Assembly (NCBI GenBank): GCA_030704615.1
Contig: CM060731.1
Span: forward strand, 9,982,001 to 10,046,000
Direction of reading: 5' to 3'
Source of the DNA: Takakia lepidozioides
Taxonomy: Eukaryota > Plantae > Bryophyta
DNA length: 64,000 nucleotides
Made by a program: the position numbers and the translations under genes. The notes below the pieces were generated by a model. It was given only the letters and a program-made list of their open reading frames with translations. It was not told the origin of the DNA and made no database searches. Positions 12,097 through 24,053 of this stretch are shown here, piece by piece (the stretch's first letter is position 1; every line of letters starts with the position of its first letter).

Positions 12097-13213
12097 GCAA
12101 CAACCATGTTATATTAAGTACGTGCAGAACACCCATCAGATACTCAGCTGTTGTGCTGCCCACTGTGCTCGACGCACCCACCCCTGGCTCACTAAGAAAG
12201 CTTTAAACACACTTCACCCCAAATTATATCCGCCCATACAATAATTCCATCACTTTTGAACATAATCCAATCGTGTCACCTACATTATCCTACGAGTGCC
12301 AAAACTACGATCTGAACACAAAGCTATACACCCATAAATGCCACATTGCTACTCACCCACAAAATTCCTCAATAACCACCCTCCGCATTCGCGTAGCCGC
12401 CAGCCACGTTGCCCCAGTCAAAATAGTATCCAACTTCACCACGTCACCCCTACTGCGAATCAAACTACTCATGCAAGCCTCATACTGCAACAATAACCCA
12501 CCTCTTCACTTGATCTCATTACTCGACACCCTCTCACTTCCCATCTTATCTCCCTAATGGCAGTGTCAATCATCATGAACTCAGAAACCAACAGTGTTCC
12601 ACCTGGTCTGCATGTTGCCAGCTCAAGTAAACGTCCTCAGGGTAGAAGCAAGCTAGGGTGTCTCAAAATAATCAAAACTTGAACTCCCCAAAAGTCATAT
12701 GGATAACAACAATATCTAATTTAAAAATTTATGGATAATAATAGCCGTTGGATTCATTCATATTGCAAAATCTATATCGTCGATATTTGACAGTGTCAGA
12801 TATTATGGCGCCCAATTTGAAATCGCAATGGTTCCCTGTTACCGGCTATCGGCAGTTTTGATAATCGCGATGTTCGTCATGAGCCATGTCACCGAGAGTC
12901 ACCGGTTGATCACAGATCTTCTCTCTCATTCAACTAAGTACACGTACTAGTTGCACGTTCTAACTCTGTCGTTCCAGTTTTTTGCCCAGGTGCAAATACA
13001 GATTATGCAGATTGCTTAGGTACAAGCAAGTGACACACAGGTTTTGTACGGGAGCTGTAGCAAGATATGTGATGCCCAACTTGAACCCAATGATTTGAAA
13101 TCTGATGGTAGCCAAAGAGTCAAGTTAAAGGAGTTCGAGCACCATACAAAGTTTCCGAGTGGTTTTGCTTTTAGTGTTGTGTTCCTAGCAAGGGCCCACA
13201 ATTTTAGATATGT

Positions 13214-13392
13214 GACAACCAGCATGTAGCCCAGTGATAATGGGCACATACCACGTTGGATGTGGTTGTGGGTTCAAACCACGGGCTGGTGTGTCATGAA
13301 GGTGTCCACCTTTCAGCTGGAAGGCAGTAGCCCTTGTGGTGAAGCGACACCATAAGTTACGCTACCTTCGGGAGGCGTCATATATATATATA
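13214..13392 (+). mobile_element. tRNA-derived SINE family A, copy 1
   Basis: A box TAGCCCAGTGA, B box GGTTCAAACC, (TA)n tail, TSD TTAGATATGT (13204-13213/13393-13402); second copy at 48889. Confidence 0.9.
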
Positions 13393-14199
13393 TTAGATAT
13401 GTTAGTATTAGGTACGTCTGGTTGTAACTAGTCGTGGGAAGCCAAATGTCACCAAGCATGGGGTGTTTTGAAGGTTTATCTTGCCTTTGTTCCTATTGTC
13501 TGTATTTGAGCTTTCTACATAAGTTAGGGTATCGAAGCAATTTGCAGTTGGTCTTGCTAGTTTGATGGATTACTAATATGCAAAGGGCATTTTTATTGTT
13601 TTTGGGGGGTGTGACCCTCCAAGCATTAGCAGATGAGGACCGCAAAAGTGGCTCGGAGCACTGTAGGCAGTTGTAGTATGTTGTTCCAGACAAATATGGC
13701 TGCGGGTTTTTTTCTTGATATAAGGTAGAGAGGGTCTATGAGGTGTAGTTTCTTACATACAAATGTGTCATCCTTCCAAGTGAGATCTATGGTTGGTCCA
13801 TTTCTTAACATCGCATTAATGATGCAATATAGAGGTCTATGATTGAAGGTTCAAGGGAGGAAATTCATTGTGGTCCATGAATGCTTGAATGGTAGATCTT
13901 CTATGTATCCCAGTGTGTCTCCTATGTCGATGCCCAAGTGCAACCTCTAGGCTAGCATGTGCCTTTGGCCCATGTGTGAAGAATTGAAATCTAAGACCAA
14001 GTGCATTTTCTATGTGTCCAAGTGCGTCTCCTAAGTTGATGCCCATCCAAGCCCAAGTGCACTCTCCTATGTATCTAAGTACATCTCCCATGTCAAGGCC
14101 AAATATATTTTTTTCCATGAATTTATTGAGTAGTAATATATCCAAGCATTACTGATATATCTCATGTCAAGGCTCCAATCAGTGTTCCAAGAAAGCCCA

Positions 14200-14412
14200 C
14201 TTTGCTATTTTTTACGAATTTCCAGAGACCAAAAATACTTGAAATTCGACATCTCCCACACCGCAGGTGCAAAAATCATGAGACCAAGCCGGTGCACCCC
14301 TCCTCAACGAGGGTTTTCCAACGGTACCAAGCACCAGGGCTGGGACCCCGTGGTTAGGGATATCTCAACGTTACAAAACAAAACAAACAAACTACCTCGC
14401 TTCATATATTGA
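14200..14412 (-). mobile_element. Non-autonomous Helitron-like repeat, 5' part
   Basis: Homologous to 26335-26500; minus-strand 5' end A|TCAATATATGAAGC. Confidence 0.65.
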
Positions 14413-15442
14413 TCAAACTGGATGGTGGTGTGAACCTCACATAAATTAACATGTGATGTTGATCTAATATAGCATGTGGTGTAAATGATACTTTACATTA
14501 AGTTAAGTTAACCTATTTCCTTAATTTCAGTTGGGTAGCGTGATGTGATGGCCCACTTTTTCCTGCTCCCATTTTCACCCTCACGTGTTTTCAAGTATCA
14601 GAGGATGTAATGTAGAGAGCTGTTAGCAGCTACTCTGACACCATACCATAGCTATACCGTTAATATACACTTCAATGTTTTGTACCATTAACACTGGCGC
14701 TCAGCCTTGCTGTAACCGGCTTAGCCTGTATCCATTAACGCCTCGACAAGTGGCGCTGACTTGGAAATGATGTGGCAGATGAATAAAAAGGCTTTGGAAA
14801 ACAGAAGCCGGGCGGTATTTTCATTGTGTTCATTTGTGGTGTACAAGGATTCTGTAGAGACAATGGTGGGGTGACACACTGATGAACGGACCATGTGTGT
14901 GTTCTATGCGTTTGTGTACTTCAGTAGGACCACTCACTACATCCTTTGCGATTAGATCTTCTCCTCTCTGCGTTGCCTGCCCTATCGAGCTTTCATCCCT
15001 AGATACCGGCGTTACGTTAGAGGAAAGGAGAATCTAACCTCCGTGGCGTTTTGTGGTGGAAATCCAGGGGTTTTTAGTGTTTAAGGTTTCCATGGTGTCT
15101 CTCTCATCTTTCGCGTTTTCTACCATCTATTCCTTTGTAGTGTGCTCTCACTTTTCTCATGGCTTCTCGACGCTCTGATCTCTCGTCACCCTCTCGCTCT
15201 ACATCTCCTCCTGGTGAGGTCACCAGCTCTATGCGCCCCGATGAGGGGACTCCTTATTCATCTTCCTTTCGTATACGCCCTCCTTCTTCACCTCTGTTTT
15301 TGTCAGAAACAGACACGGACCCGCACCCTTTTTAAGAATACGAAGATCTTTGGGAGGCAAAAACTCTTCCCTGGAACGTTGATCCAGTAGTTCTTGTCCT
15401 AGAGGAGGTTTTGGCTCAAGATATGAATGGCACATAGAACGG

Positions 15443-16090
15443 TTGCGTACTCTACTACACGATCAACAAACCTCTGAAGAAGCTGACATCCGTTTTGTTG
15501 TGTTCTATGCAGCCACGCTCCCCGCAATTAACGCAGCACCCTCGACTCGGGACTCTCAATCTCTTGTCCCCTCCCCAACGAGTTCGATCAGCACATCACA
15601 GTTGGTAGACAAGTGGGAACAAACGCGATTATCAAACTTGTGTAGATATCAAGTGCAGTTGTTTGATCGCAGACGGCTTACCTGGCAACAATTGGGAGTC
15701 CCTGAACGGCCGGTGTTCCCCAATCGCAACGGAGCTCACACCTTGCATGCTATCTCCCGTGTGATCAACCCTTGTTGGTTAGATTATTTTGTTCAAGGCC
15801 TTGGCTCGTTGTTGTGCAAACATGCATTAAGATTCTGCTCTACCCTGACACTCGATCAACTCACTACAGGGGTTGACATAGGACTTCATGGCATGAGCGT
15901 TGTTGGTAGCAGAGCTAACCGAGCGCATCTTGTCATCTTCCCTGCTAAACGCTTCAAGGATGAGTGTGTAGCCCATCTACAAAGGGGAGACAAGCTCGCT
16001 ACTTATCCGTTGGACTCCATCCTAGTTCATGAGTGGGGCTTCCCAGTTGTTCATGTCGAATTCTGGCAGAAGCACCCGACCACTTGGTAG
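15443..16090 (+). CDS. Extra ORF upstream of gag, function unknown
   Basis: 215 open codons between the PBS-like site and gag; no motif recognised. Confidence 0.4.
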   Translation: MRTLLHDQQTSEEADIRFVVFYAATLPAINAAPSTRDSQSLVPSPTSSISTSQLVDKWEQTRLSNLCRYQVQLFDRRRLTWQQLGVPERPVFPNRNGAHTLHAISRVINPCWLDYFVQGLGSLLCKHALRFCSTLTLDQLTTGVDIGLHGMSVVGSRANRAHLVIFPAKRFKDECVAHLQRGDKLATYPLDSILVHEWGFPVVHVEFWQKHPTTW

Positions 16091-16426
16091 TTCCTCACGA
16101 GTGCTGATTACAACGACACTGACTTTGGTCTGCTCAGAGTTGGCTCTGCTCAGGTGTGGCAACTAGCTGGGTGCACAGGTGAGAGCTCGGCTCCGAGGTC
16201 CTTCCTCAACCCCACGGACAGATCTCGGGCAGGCGATTCTTGTCAATACAAAGGCTCACTACCTTCCTTCCCGCATCCAAATTGGTGAGAAGGGTAAAGT
16301 ATCATCTTCTCTAGTCCCCCTTGCTGGAATTACCATGCCTAGCACTTCTAAGTCCTGGTTAAGATCAGGTTTTGATCGAATTATGTCCATGGATCTAGAG
16401 TCCTGTCTGTTATACTAGGAGGCAGC

Positions 16427-17450
16427 ATGGGTGATGGTAAGGATGAGACCACTACGGAGGATAGCAATATGTCCCTAGAAATGTCTGCTAACCAACACAT
16501 GAGAACTGGCTCCTTGTCTCCTCGGGTGCCTACCTTGGCTGCCTCACCACGAACTGAAGAAGGCCCCAGTCATGGAATCTCTCCGGTAGTTTCTCCACTG
16601 CACAATCCGAATGCGAACAAGGAAATCCCTACCAGACTGAATTTTAGTGTCATCAAACCCCAGTTTAAAGAAAACCCCGAATCTGACAGTGATGTCCCAT
16701 CACTGGTAGAAGAAGAAGTGGATACTGATGGCTTAGGAACGCTTAATGTAGACCCTGAAGTAGCTGCATGCAATGCTGACATTCGTAGTTTGAGTGGAGC
16801 GATGGATGTGTTGTCCAAGTGTCCTTCTCTCTTGAAAATACTCATGAATCAGGCTGCTGCCATGGAGGTAAGGGAAGCTGCCTTGAAACCTGCAGTTGTC
16901 TCTGTGCCGCCTATCCCTCGAAAGTCAATACCCAAAGTACAGGCTCAATCTTACCCAGGGTACAAAGTAGGGGAAGACTTTGTTGAGTTTCTCAAATTGT
17001 TTGAAAGCACTGCCTGCTTAATGGGGTTCCTGAAGATTTCAAGATACATGCCTTTCAATTGGCCATGAAAGGGCAAGCCCGCATCCTACTGAATGCTGAC
17101 CTTGTGGAAGAGAAGTACTCTTCATGGAATCAAGTTTTGGGCAGTGCCACCAAGCTGTTCAAACCTGATGAGCTGCCCTTGGAAACATTTGGGAAGTTGT
17201 ACTATAGAAAGTACAAAGAAGGTGAGCCTTTGTGGCAATATTACCTAGATATTAAAGTAGGGGTCACCAAGAATTTCAAGAACCCTGAAGAGAGAGCTAG
17301 GATGGTCAAAATGTTCTTTTGGCAAGGTCTTCCCGCCTCTGTCCAGACCTGGGCACAGCGGGAGGAGTTTGACAACAATGATCAGATGGTTAAACGTAAC
17401 CTCCTTCCTAGGGGCTTTGACACTGGCAGCCAGCTCCTTCATTTTGATTC
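16427..17450 (+). pseudogene. gag N-terminal and capsid region
   Basis: GEDFVEFLKLFE..LAMKGQA..YKEGEPLWQYY..FWQGLP, with a frameshift near 17030-17060. Confidence 0.75.
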
Positions 17451-18104
17451 AACTAGAGCTGAAGTGAGTGCCACCTTCAGCCTTTGGAAGGCATGGATCT
17501 GGGCCATCCCCCATGTGAACTTGACAGTCTTAGAAAGCAGTTTAGTCAAGGCATTAGCAATCCTGGAAAAGTCCCTGATAAATCTTCTATAGTACGAGGC
17601 AAGGCCAAGGAATGACTTAACACACCGCTTGTCAACAGGAACTGGAAAGTTCCAAACTGATTCAAGGTTAGAGGTGTCAGGTTTCAGACCTGCAGCAGTG
17701 AGCCTATGACCCAAGAATTTTAATTCTTCAAAGCAAAACTCACATTTTTTGGTCTTGACTTTGAGACCTGCTGCTCTTAGCCTGCAAAACACCCTCTGTA
17801 GATCAGTAAGATGCTTCTCAAAGGTCGCTGAATATATATTGATGTCATCAATATATACCAGTGCACATTCCCATCTCAGATTCCCAAGCACCACGTCCAT
17901 GAGCTGCTGAAAAGTAGTTGTGGCATTGCACAAGTCAAACGGCTTAGCTTCATATTGGTACATGCCCATACGGCACATGAAGGCAGTCTTTTCCTTTGAT
18001 CGCTCAGTCAAAGGCACTTGCCAAAACCCTGATGCAAGATCCAACTTAGAGAATATCTTAGCCCCGTGAAGCATATCAAGGGTCTCATTAATCCTGGGTA
18101 AGGG

Positions 18105-18325
18105 GCCAATTGGAATCCGGTACTTCAAACGCACCCTAGGTGCCCCAGGATACCCCTGGGTACCCAGCGGTACCCTCGCCTCCTCTATTCTCAAACGGTC
18201 ACCTGGTGTCCCACTGGACACTTCTTTTATAGGGCCCAACCCCGAAAGGGGGCAGTAGCCGCAAGGCGAAGTGGCTCTTAGTTACGCGGCTTTGGCCGGA
18301 GTCTTCTCTCTCTCTCTCTCTCTCT
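18105..18325 (+). mobile_element. 5'-truncated retroposon with structured 3' end and (TC)n tail, inserted in the gypsy RT
   Basis: 11-bp TSD CTGGGTAAGGG (18094-18104/18326-18336); removing the insert restores YPLPRI. Confidence 0.9.
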
Positions 18326-19200
18326 CTGGGTAAGGGATACACATTCTTTTTGGTAATCGCGTTTAGTCTTCGAAATTCAACACAGAACCTAGTGCTCCCG
18401 TCTTTCTTGCCAATTAGCACTATAGGGCTAGCCCATGGAGAAACAAAGGGTCTAATGACTCCGACATCAAGCATCCTTTTGATTTCATCATGTATGATTG
18501 ACCTTTCCTTGACACTCTCCCTATATGGGTATTGCTTCACTGGCTTACCATCACTCTCAATGTTGTGTTCAATGAGAGTAGTCCTTCCAAGGTCAGTAGG
18601 ACCCTTGCATTCTTTTTAAGTAGATCTTTTAACTTGGTTAACTGGGCCTCTTCAAGGTCTCCTATCTTGACCATTTTCAGAATTTCTTGGACATGAGCTT
18701 CATCAAAAACATCAGGATGATAAGGCTGAGGTGGAGTAGAGTACCTTGCAAATGCAGTCAAGGACTCTACCTCATTGCTGACAAGACCCATTTGTAGAGT
18801 AAAACCTTCCTGAATTTCCATGATGTCATCAATGGGTATAGCAGAAATTATAGCCAGCACATGGCCCTTCCTTACGGTCATAGGCATCCTCTCAGGATTA
18901 GCAACAAGTAGCTTGACCTCACCCTTGAATCCTCTATCAATGACTACTGAAGCTATCATGTAATGTTTTTGCAAGGCCAACCTTTGCCATCCTACCGCCT
19001 CAAGATAATACCCCTGTGGGCATAAGAAAGCACACCCAGTAGGCACCATCTTTTGACTCATGGGAAGGAGAGTGAAATCAGCACATGCACGAATGAGAGT
19101 AGTATTATCACGAACTGGAACTGGAGCTGACCACCTTTCTGCCTCATAGCAGGGATAGTCCACTATTGCAAGGTATGCACAGGCGCTTCTAAATGCATGA

Positions 19201-19892
19201 GGGTAGTTGCAACCTACGGTGGACCAAAATGAAACACACCATGAGTCCCTAAAAGTACATTAAGGGAGATGTGGCGAATCCTCAACCATTGGATTCGCTT
19301 CAATTTACGATCTCAACCGTCTATTATTGACCATTAAAGACTTTATTTTCAAATCGCGATAGTTTCAGATCACGATAGTTTTTTTCAAATTTGACCTTGA
19401 TTCACCCCGGGGGTCTACCCTTGGTCTATGTATTTACTGAGGTAGTGTTGATATTTCAAAGAATTCTATATGTAAAGGACTTTATGAAAATAATTATTTT
19501 GAAGGCTCAAAATAGTACATAAAGTTTATTTTACTTAATATTTTTGAGTGGATGTTTTCATTCTAGATTCTTTATCCCTCAAAGCACATTTGGTTGAGTC
19601 CCTTTTTTCTAAATCTCTATGAATCATGCTTTAAAAAAAGTCCATAATGGCCTTTTATATGGACTATAACGAATCATTATGGACTTGTTCAAAAGTTCAT
19701 AATTTTTATCCATTTGCTTTTTTGGTTATAAGCCTTGGAATAGGGGAAATATATGTAGTTGAGCCTTCATAGCTTAGTCCCTTTTTACTATCAGCATTGC
19801 CATTTAGGAGTATGATAATTTACAACTAATCAAGATCCCAAAAAAACAGTGCTGTGACGGCATTTTTGGTCCACCAAAGGTTGCAATTGCCA
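19201..19892. mobile_element. MITE/non-autonomous TIR element
   Basis: TIR GG(T/C)A(G/A)TTGCAACCT..GGTGGACCAAAA at both ends; AT-rich interior; flanked by ATGA on both sides. Confidence 0.8.
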
Positions 19893-20673
19893 ATGAACTG
19901 TTGCCAACTTACTTCTTTACCACTGTGGTCTCTATTGAGCAGTAGCCCTAAGCTGAGAGAGCTTGGCAGCATTTGAGCCACGAGTAACATGAATGGTGGT
20001 TAAAGAAACAGTGACCTCCTGCCCATCTCCTTTCTTGAAGCGCATGGTACTATCCCCAAGATCTATGGAGGCAGCAACCCCTTTCATCCAATCCAGCCCC
20101 AAGATGAACTGGTCCCCATGGTGACTATGCATGTAATCAGCACCTCTTTCCCATAAATGCCTACAGGAACCGACACTAAACCAAGCACAGTGTAAAGCTT
20201 TGAAGTTTGTGGAAAACATTACCTTGTCATCTAATTTGCTTTTGCTGGGAATTTGGACCTCTGACTAGTGCGATCTCCCACACCTAGCTTCTTGGGAGAT
20301 CTTACTCGTTTAAAGGCTGTTTTCCTTTTCTGAAAGCTTCAAGCATAGTAGGAAGATCAGGCTGAAAAGGACAATACTTCGTAGCATGGTTGGGATCTTT
20401 GCATATGTAATGCGGGGCATGACGACCATGATAGGAGCTACCAGTCTGAGTTCTGCCACGATTGTTGGCGACAGCACCGGCAGGTGTGCTGGTGGCCTTA
20501 GAGGTCCAGGTTGTTTCAGCTTTGAGGTTGGTCATTTTTTCCTCTAAGTCTATTTCTAGATTATTCAGACGCTTGGCCAAGGCTTCATTGAACTCAGCCT
20601 TGGCTGCTTGTATTGGAGGAGGCACATAGCCTTTGGACTCCTTACTTTTTCCGTTTCCTTGTCTCCCATTGTT

Positions 20674-21060
20674 CTGGTTTATCCAGACTTCACTCTCTCA
20701 TTCGTATTGCAGACCAATGCAAGTGATGTTGCTATTTTAGCTATTCTTTGCCAGGTGAAAGAGGGTAAGGAGCAGGGTCATTGGATATGCATCTCGCCGA
20801 TTAGATAAACACGAGAGGAACTATTCAATTACGGATAAGGAGGGTCTTTGCAGTTATATTTGGGGTCAGGCATTATAGACAATATCTTCATGGCTGCCCA
20901 TTCGTTATTGAGATTGATCATTTGCCTTTGAAGGCACTTACTACCCCTAGAGAGCTTCATGGTAGGTTAGCTAGGTGGGCCCTGACCTTGCAGGCTTATG
21001 AGTTTTGAGTTGTGTACAAGAAAGGGAAGGAGAACACTAATGCAGATGCGCTTACAAGGA
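20674..21060 (+). pseudogene. Gypsy RNase H domain
   Basis: LVYPDF..FVLQTNASD..ERNYSITDKE..RQYLHG.PF..DHLPL..RLARWAL.LQ..YKKGKENTNADALTR, with frameshifts. Confidence 0.9.
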
Positions 21061-21611
21061 CTGAGCCACATGTTTCAGTTCCTTATAACAAGATTGAAGA
21101 CTTGCTTTTTGATCCTTATGAAATCCCTGCTGCTGCAATTTGTTTGGCTGCAGATTTGTTTTCTTATGTAGTAGCCCCTTCCTTGGACAAAGTTCTGGGC
21201 TGGGATCTCCTTCTTAGGGATGGCACTTAAGGCCTCTATTGGTGTTGGCATTGCAGGCAAGGGACATATTATTGTGAAATGACAGGGAGTTGCCCTCTAA
21301 ACTGAGTTTGGGCTCTTCCCCACCCCCCTTGTGTGCTGAACCATGTCCGTTGATTGATGTCACTCTCACTGGTATAATTTAGATATAAGAGCCTTGTCTG
21401 TTCTGTAGTAAGGATGTTCTGAGCTTCAGGAATATAGTCGGGGTTGCGAAAATACGCAAGTTTTGAGGTTCATACAGTCCATTACCCTAATTACCTTGGC
21501 CTTCTATGATGTGGACCATACATCAGTTTGGTTGAGGTAATATTAGGATTAGTCAGGATGAGTGAGATGTTGAAGGTGCCGAAAGTGCTGAAGGTTTTGA
21601 CAATTTTGCAG

Positions 21612-21974
21612 GTGGACTATGCTTGTACTCCAGAAGAACTGCAACAACATTTTCAGTCATGTGGCACAGTGAATCGTGTCGCAATCCTGACGGACAAGTT
21701 CGGACAACCAAAGGGGTGTGTTCCCAGACCCTTGTGAGAACCTGTATTCTGTCTTCTCGATCTGTACTTCTGGTTCAATATGCGAGAAAGGTAGGATATC
21801 AAACATATCAGGTCTGATTGTTGTACCATTTATGGTGTTAGATTGCTGCTAATAGACAGTTTGGATGTCTTCATGGTGGGGTGCAGGTACGCGTATGTCG
21901 AGTTTGTAGAGGTGGAGGCAGTTCAAAATGCTATCCTGCTTAGCGAATCTGAGTTACATGGCCGCCAACTCAAG
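21612..21974 (+). pseudogene. PABN: Captured exons of nuclear poly(A)-binding protein 2 (RRM) with an intact intron
   Basis: Exon 21612-21715 [35 protein letters not shown]; GT-AG intron; exon 21887-21974 YAYVEFVEVEAVQNAILLSESELHGRQLK. Confidence 0.88.
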
Positions 21975-22640
21975 GGTCTTGCAGTTCCATGCCTGTACCT
22001 GCTTGTGTTATTGAATGGACTACAAACCCAATCCACCGGACATCCATGCCACAACTAGCAAAATGCAATTGTGCTATGGATATGTGCAGCAGAAAAGTTA
22101 GAGTGGAAATCCCTTGAGGCTTGTGGACACCCACCCATGACCATAAGCATACCCAGAGAAAGGTGTATAAGGTCCAGGCCGGTACCCATAATAAGGGTTG
22201 AATCGCCGACCCCGAAATGCCTTCATTCTCGGGACATTGGTCCTTTTTGCTGTCACCTGCAACCATGTATCAGCAGGGTATCCAGGTTACGGGCTCCCTT
22301 TCACTGGCTGGAATGGTCCTAGTACACTACCATGATCCGACAGCACGGTAAGCATGAAGATGTTGATGTCACTGGTACTATAGTGTGGAGTTCAGATGCA
22401 AAAGGCATATATCAAACATGCCAATGCAACAAAACAAGCCAAAACATTAATTTCTGTCTTTGGATCTTGGAAGTGGGCTCCTTTACTTGTGAGGCTTTTG
22501 TCCTTTGATGATCAATATGTAGAGCTGTAAGTTGGGTTTCTTCATAAGGGCCCAAGGTATCATGGTATGGAGAGCCCAGATGCATGACACTCCTTACCAC
22601 TTGGTTCTAACCCATGCAGATGATGGCCTATGTATGGCAG

Positions 22641-22910
22641 ACATAGAGGATCTTTTGCATGAGGCACTTCTCCATAAGTGTCAACACGGTGTCACGCAGG
22701 CATGGATTAGTGACCTTGTTCGACGTCAGGTACTCTACCACCAACACTCTCATGTGGTGAAGGAAGGAGTCATGTACATAGAGGATCTTTTGCATGAGGC
22801 ACTTCTCCATAAGTGTCAACACGGTGTCACGTAGGCAGGGATTAGTGACCTTGTTCGACGTCAGGTACTATACCACCAACACTCTCATGTGGTGAAGGAA
22901 GGAGTCATGT
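22641..22910 (+). repeat. 135-bp tandem duplication (in frame) in the RH-IN linker
   Basis: Near-identical units start at 22641 and 22776. Confidence 0.95.
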
Positions 22911-24053
22911 ACAGAGTGATCAAGGGTGAACCTCCGAACCCTATGGAGGTGCCCGTGAAGAGTTTTCTCCCTGTAATCTTTGCATTGTATCATGACTTGA
23001 CTTAATTCTGTTGGAAAGGCAGGATGTCTCTGTAATCCTTGTATATTTCCCTGTGTGTGGGCTACAATGCCAAAGCTAAACTCCCTCATGCTCCAGTGGT
23101 GCTTGAGCTGTAGTCTATCCCCATCACATCTGCATTTGCTAGGGTGGGGATGGATCTCGTAGGACCCTTGAATCTCATGTCGAAGGGCCATAGTTACATT
23201 GTTGTGGCTACGGATTATCTGACTAAGTGGGTAGAGGTCCAACCACTGGTGGCCAAGGATAGTGATGGTGTAGCCCAGTCTTTCTTCAATGAGATTATCT
23301 TGTGACGCGGCTGTCCTTTGGAAATTTTGACTGATCAAGGCAAGGAATTCTGTAACATCTTGATGTTGATGATATGTCACAACATGGGCATCCATCAAGC
23401 TACCATTCGACCTTATCACCCTCAGTGTAACGGGTTAACGAACGCTTCAATCAAACCATGTGTCTCCTGCAGGAAAAGTGTGGAGGGCTCACTCAGGAAT
23501 GGGACGTGCTTCTTCCCCCTCTCATTTTTGCTTATAGGACTGCTGTGCATGCCAATACCCGCCGTACCCTTTTGAACTTCTCTATGGTTGCCCTTGTATC
23601 TCTCCTATTCATCATAAGTCTCCTCTCAATCCAGTGATTGCTGAACCTGAAGACTGGGACCAGTTTGTTACTGATTTGCTGGCACATCACTCTAGGATCA
23701 TAGATGAGGCTAAGTATAATATATCTAAGGCTCAGCTCGCTCAAGCCAAGCAGTATAACAGAAGAATGGTTTATTCTTCTACTTTTGTTGCTGGTCAGAC
23801 TGTATGTGTCAAAGTGCAGCACGGTGCAATAGAGTCCAAAGGTAAGACTTGCATAGAGGGGCCCTATCTGATTTACGAGATGACTGCTGGTAACAGAGCT
23901 CGATTATTGCCTCAGCATCCGTCCGTCAAGGAGATCCCTGCAGATGTGTCTATTGCTGACCTATTGCATTCCAGACTTCAATTTGATCTAACCTGTGTGA
24001 ATGTGGAAGGAAGAACAGTGGAGATATCTCCCAAGAAGAAAGCTCGAGGGTGA
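22910..24053 (+). pseudogene. Gypsy DDE integrase
   Basis: RVGMDLVGP, IVVATDYLTKWVE, ILTDQGKEF, YHPQCNG, AYRT, AQLAQAKQYN, EGPY; several stops and frameshifts. Confidence 0.9.

Larger units (their letters stand above)
17451..20673 (-). pseudogene. Inverted internal segment: gag C-terminus/zinc knuckle, protease, dUTPase, RT
   Basis: Minus-strand YICKDPNHATKYCP, FILGLDW, VPTG..PQGYY..VIDRGFKGEVK, SPWASP..LDLASGFWQ..YIDD; re-inversion restores TSALV-LVYPDF. Confidence 0.9.

Noticed and set aside
13214-13290. tRNA gene (also 48889 and 49420-49490)
   Set aside because: A/B boxes are present but there is no complete cloverleaf; TSDs and/or tails and dispersed copies indicate SINEs.
18229-18304. 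Hammerhead or HDV ribozyme call
   Set aside because: No CUGANGA/GAAA core or nested double pseudoknot is visible; kept only as an unknown structured RNA.
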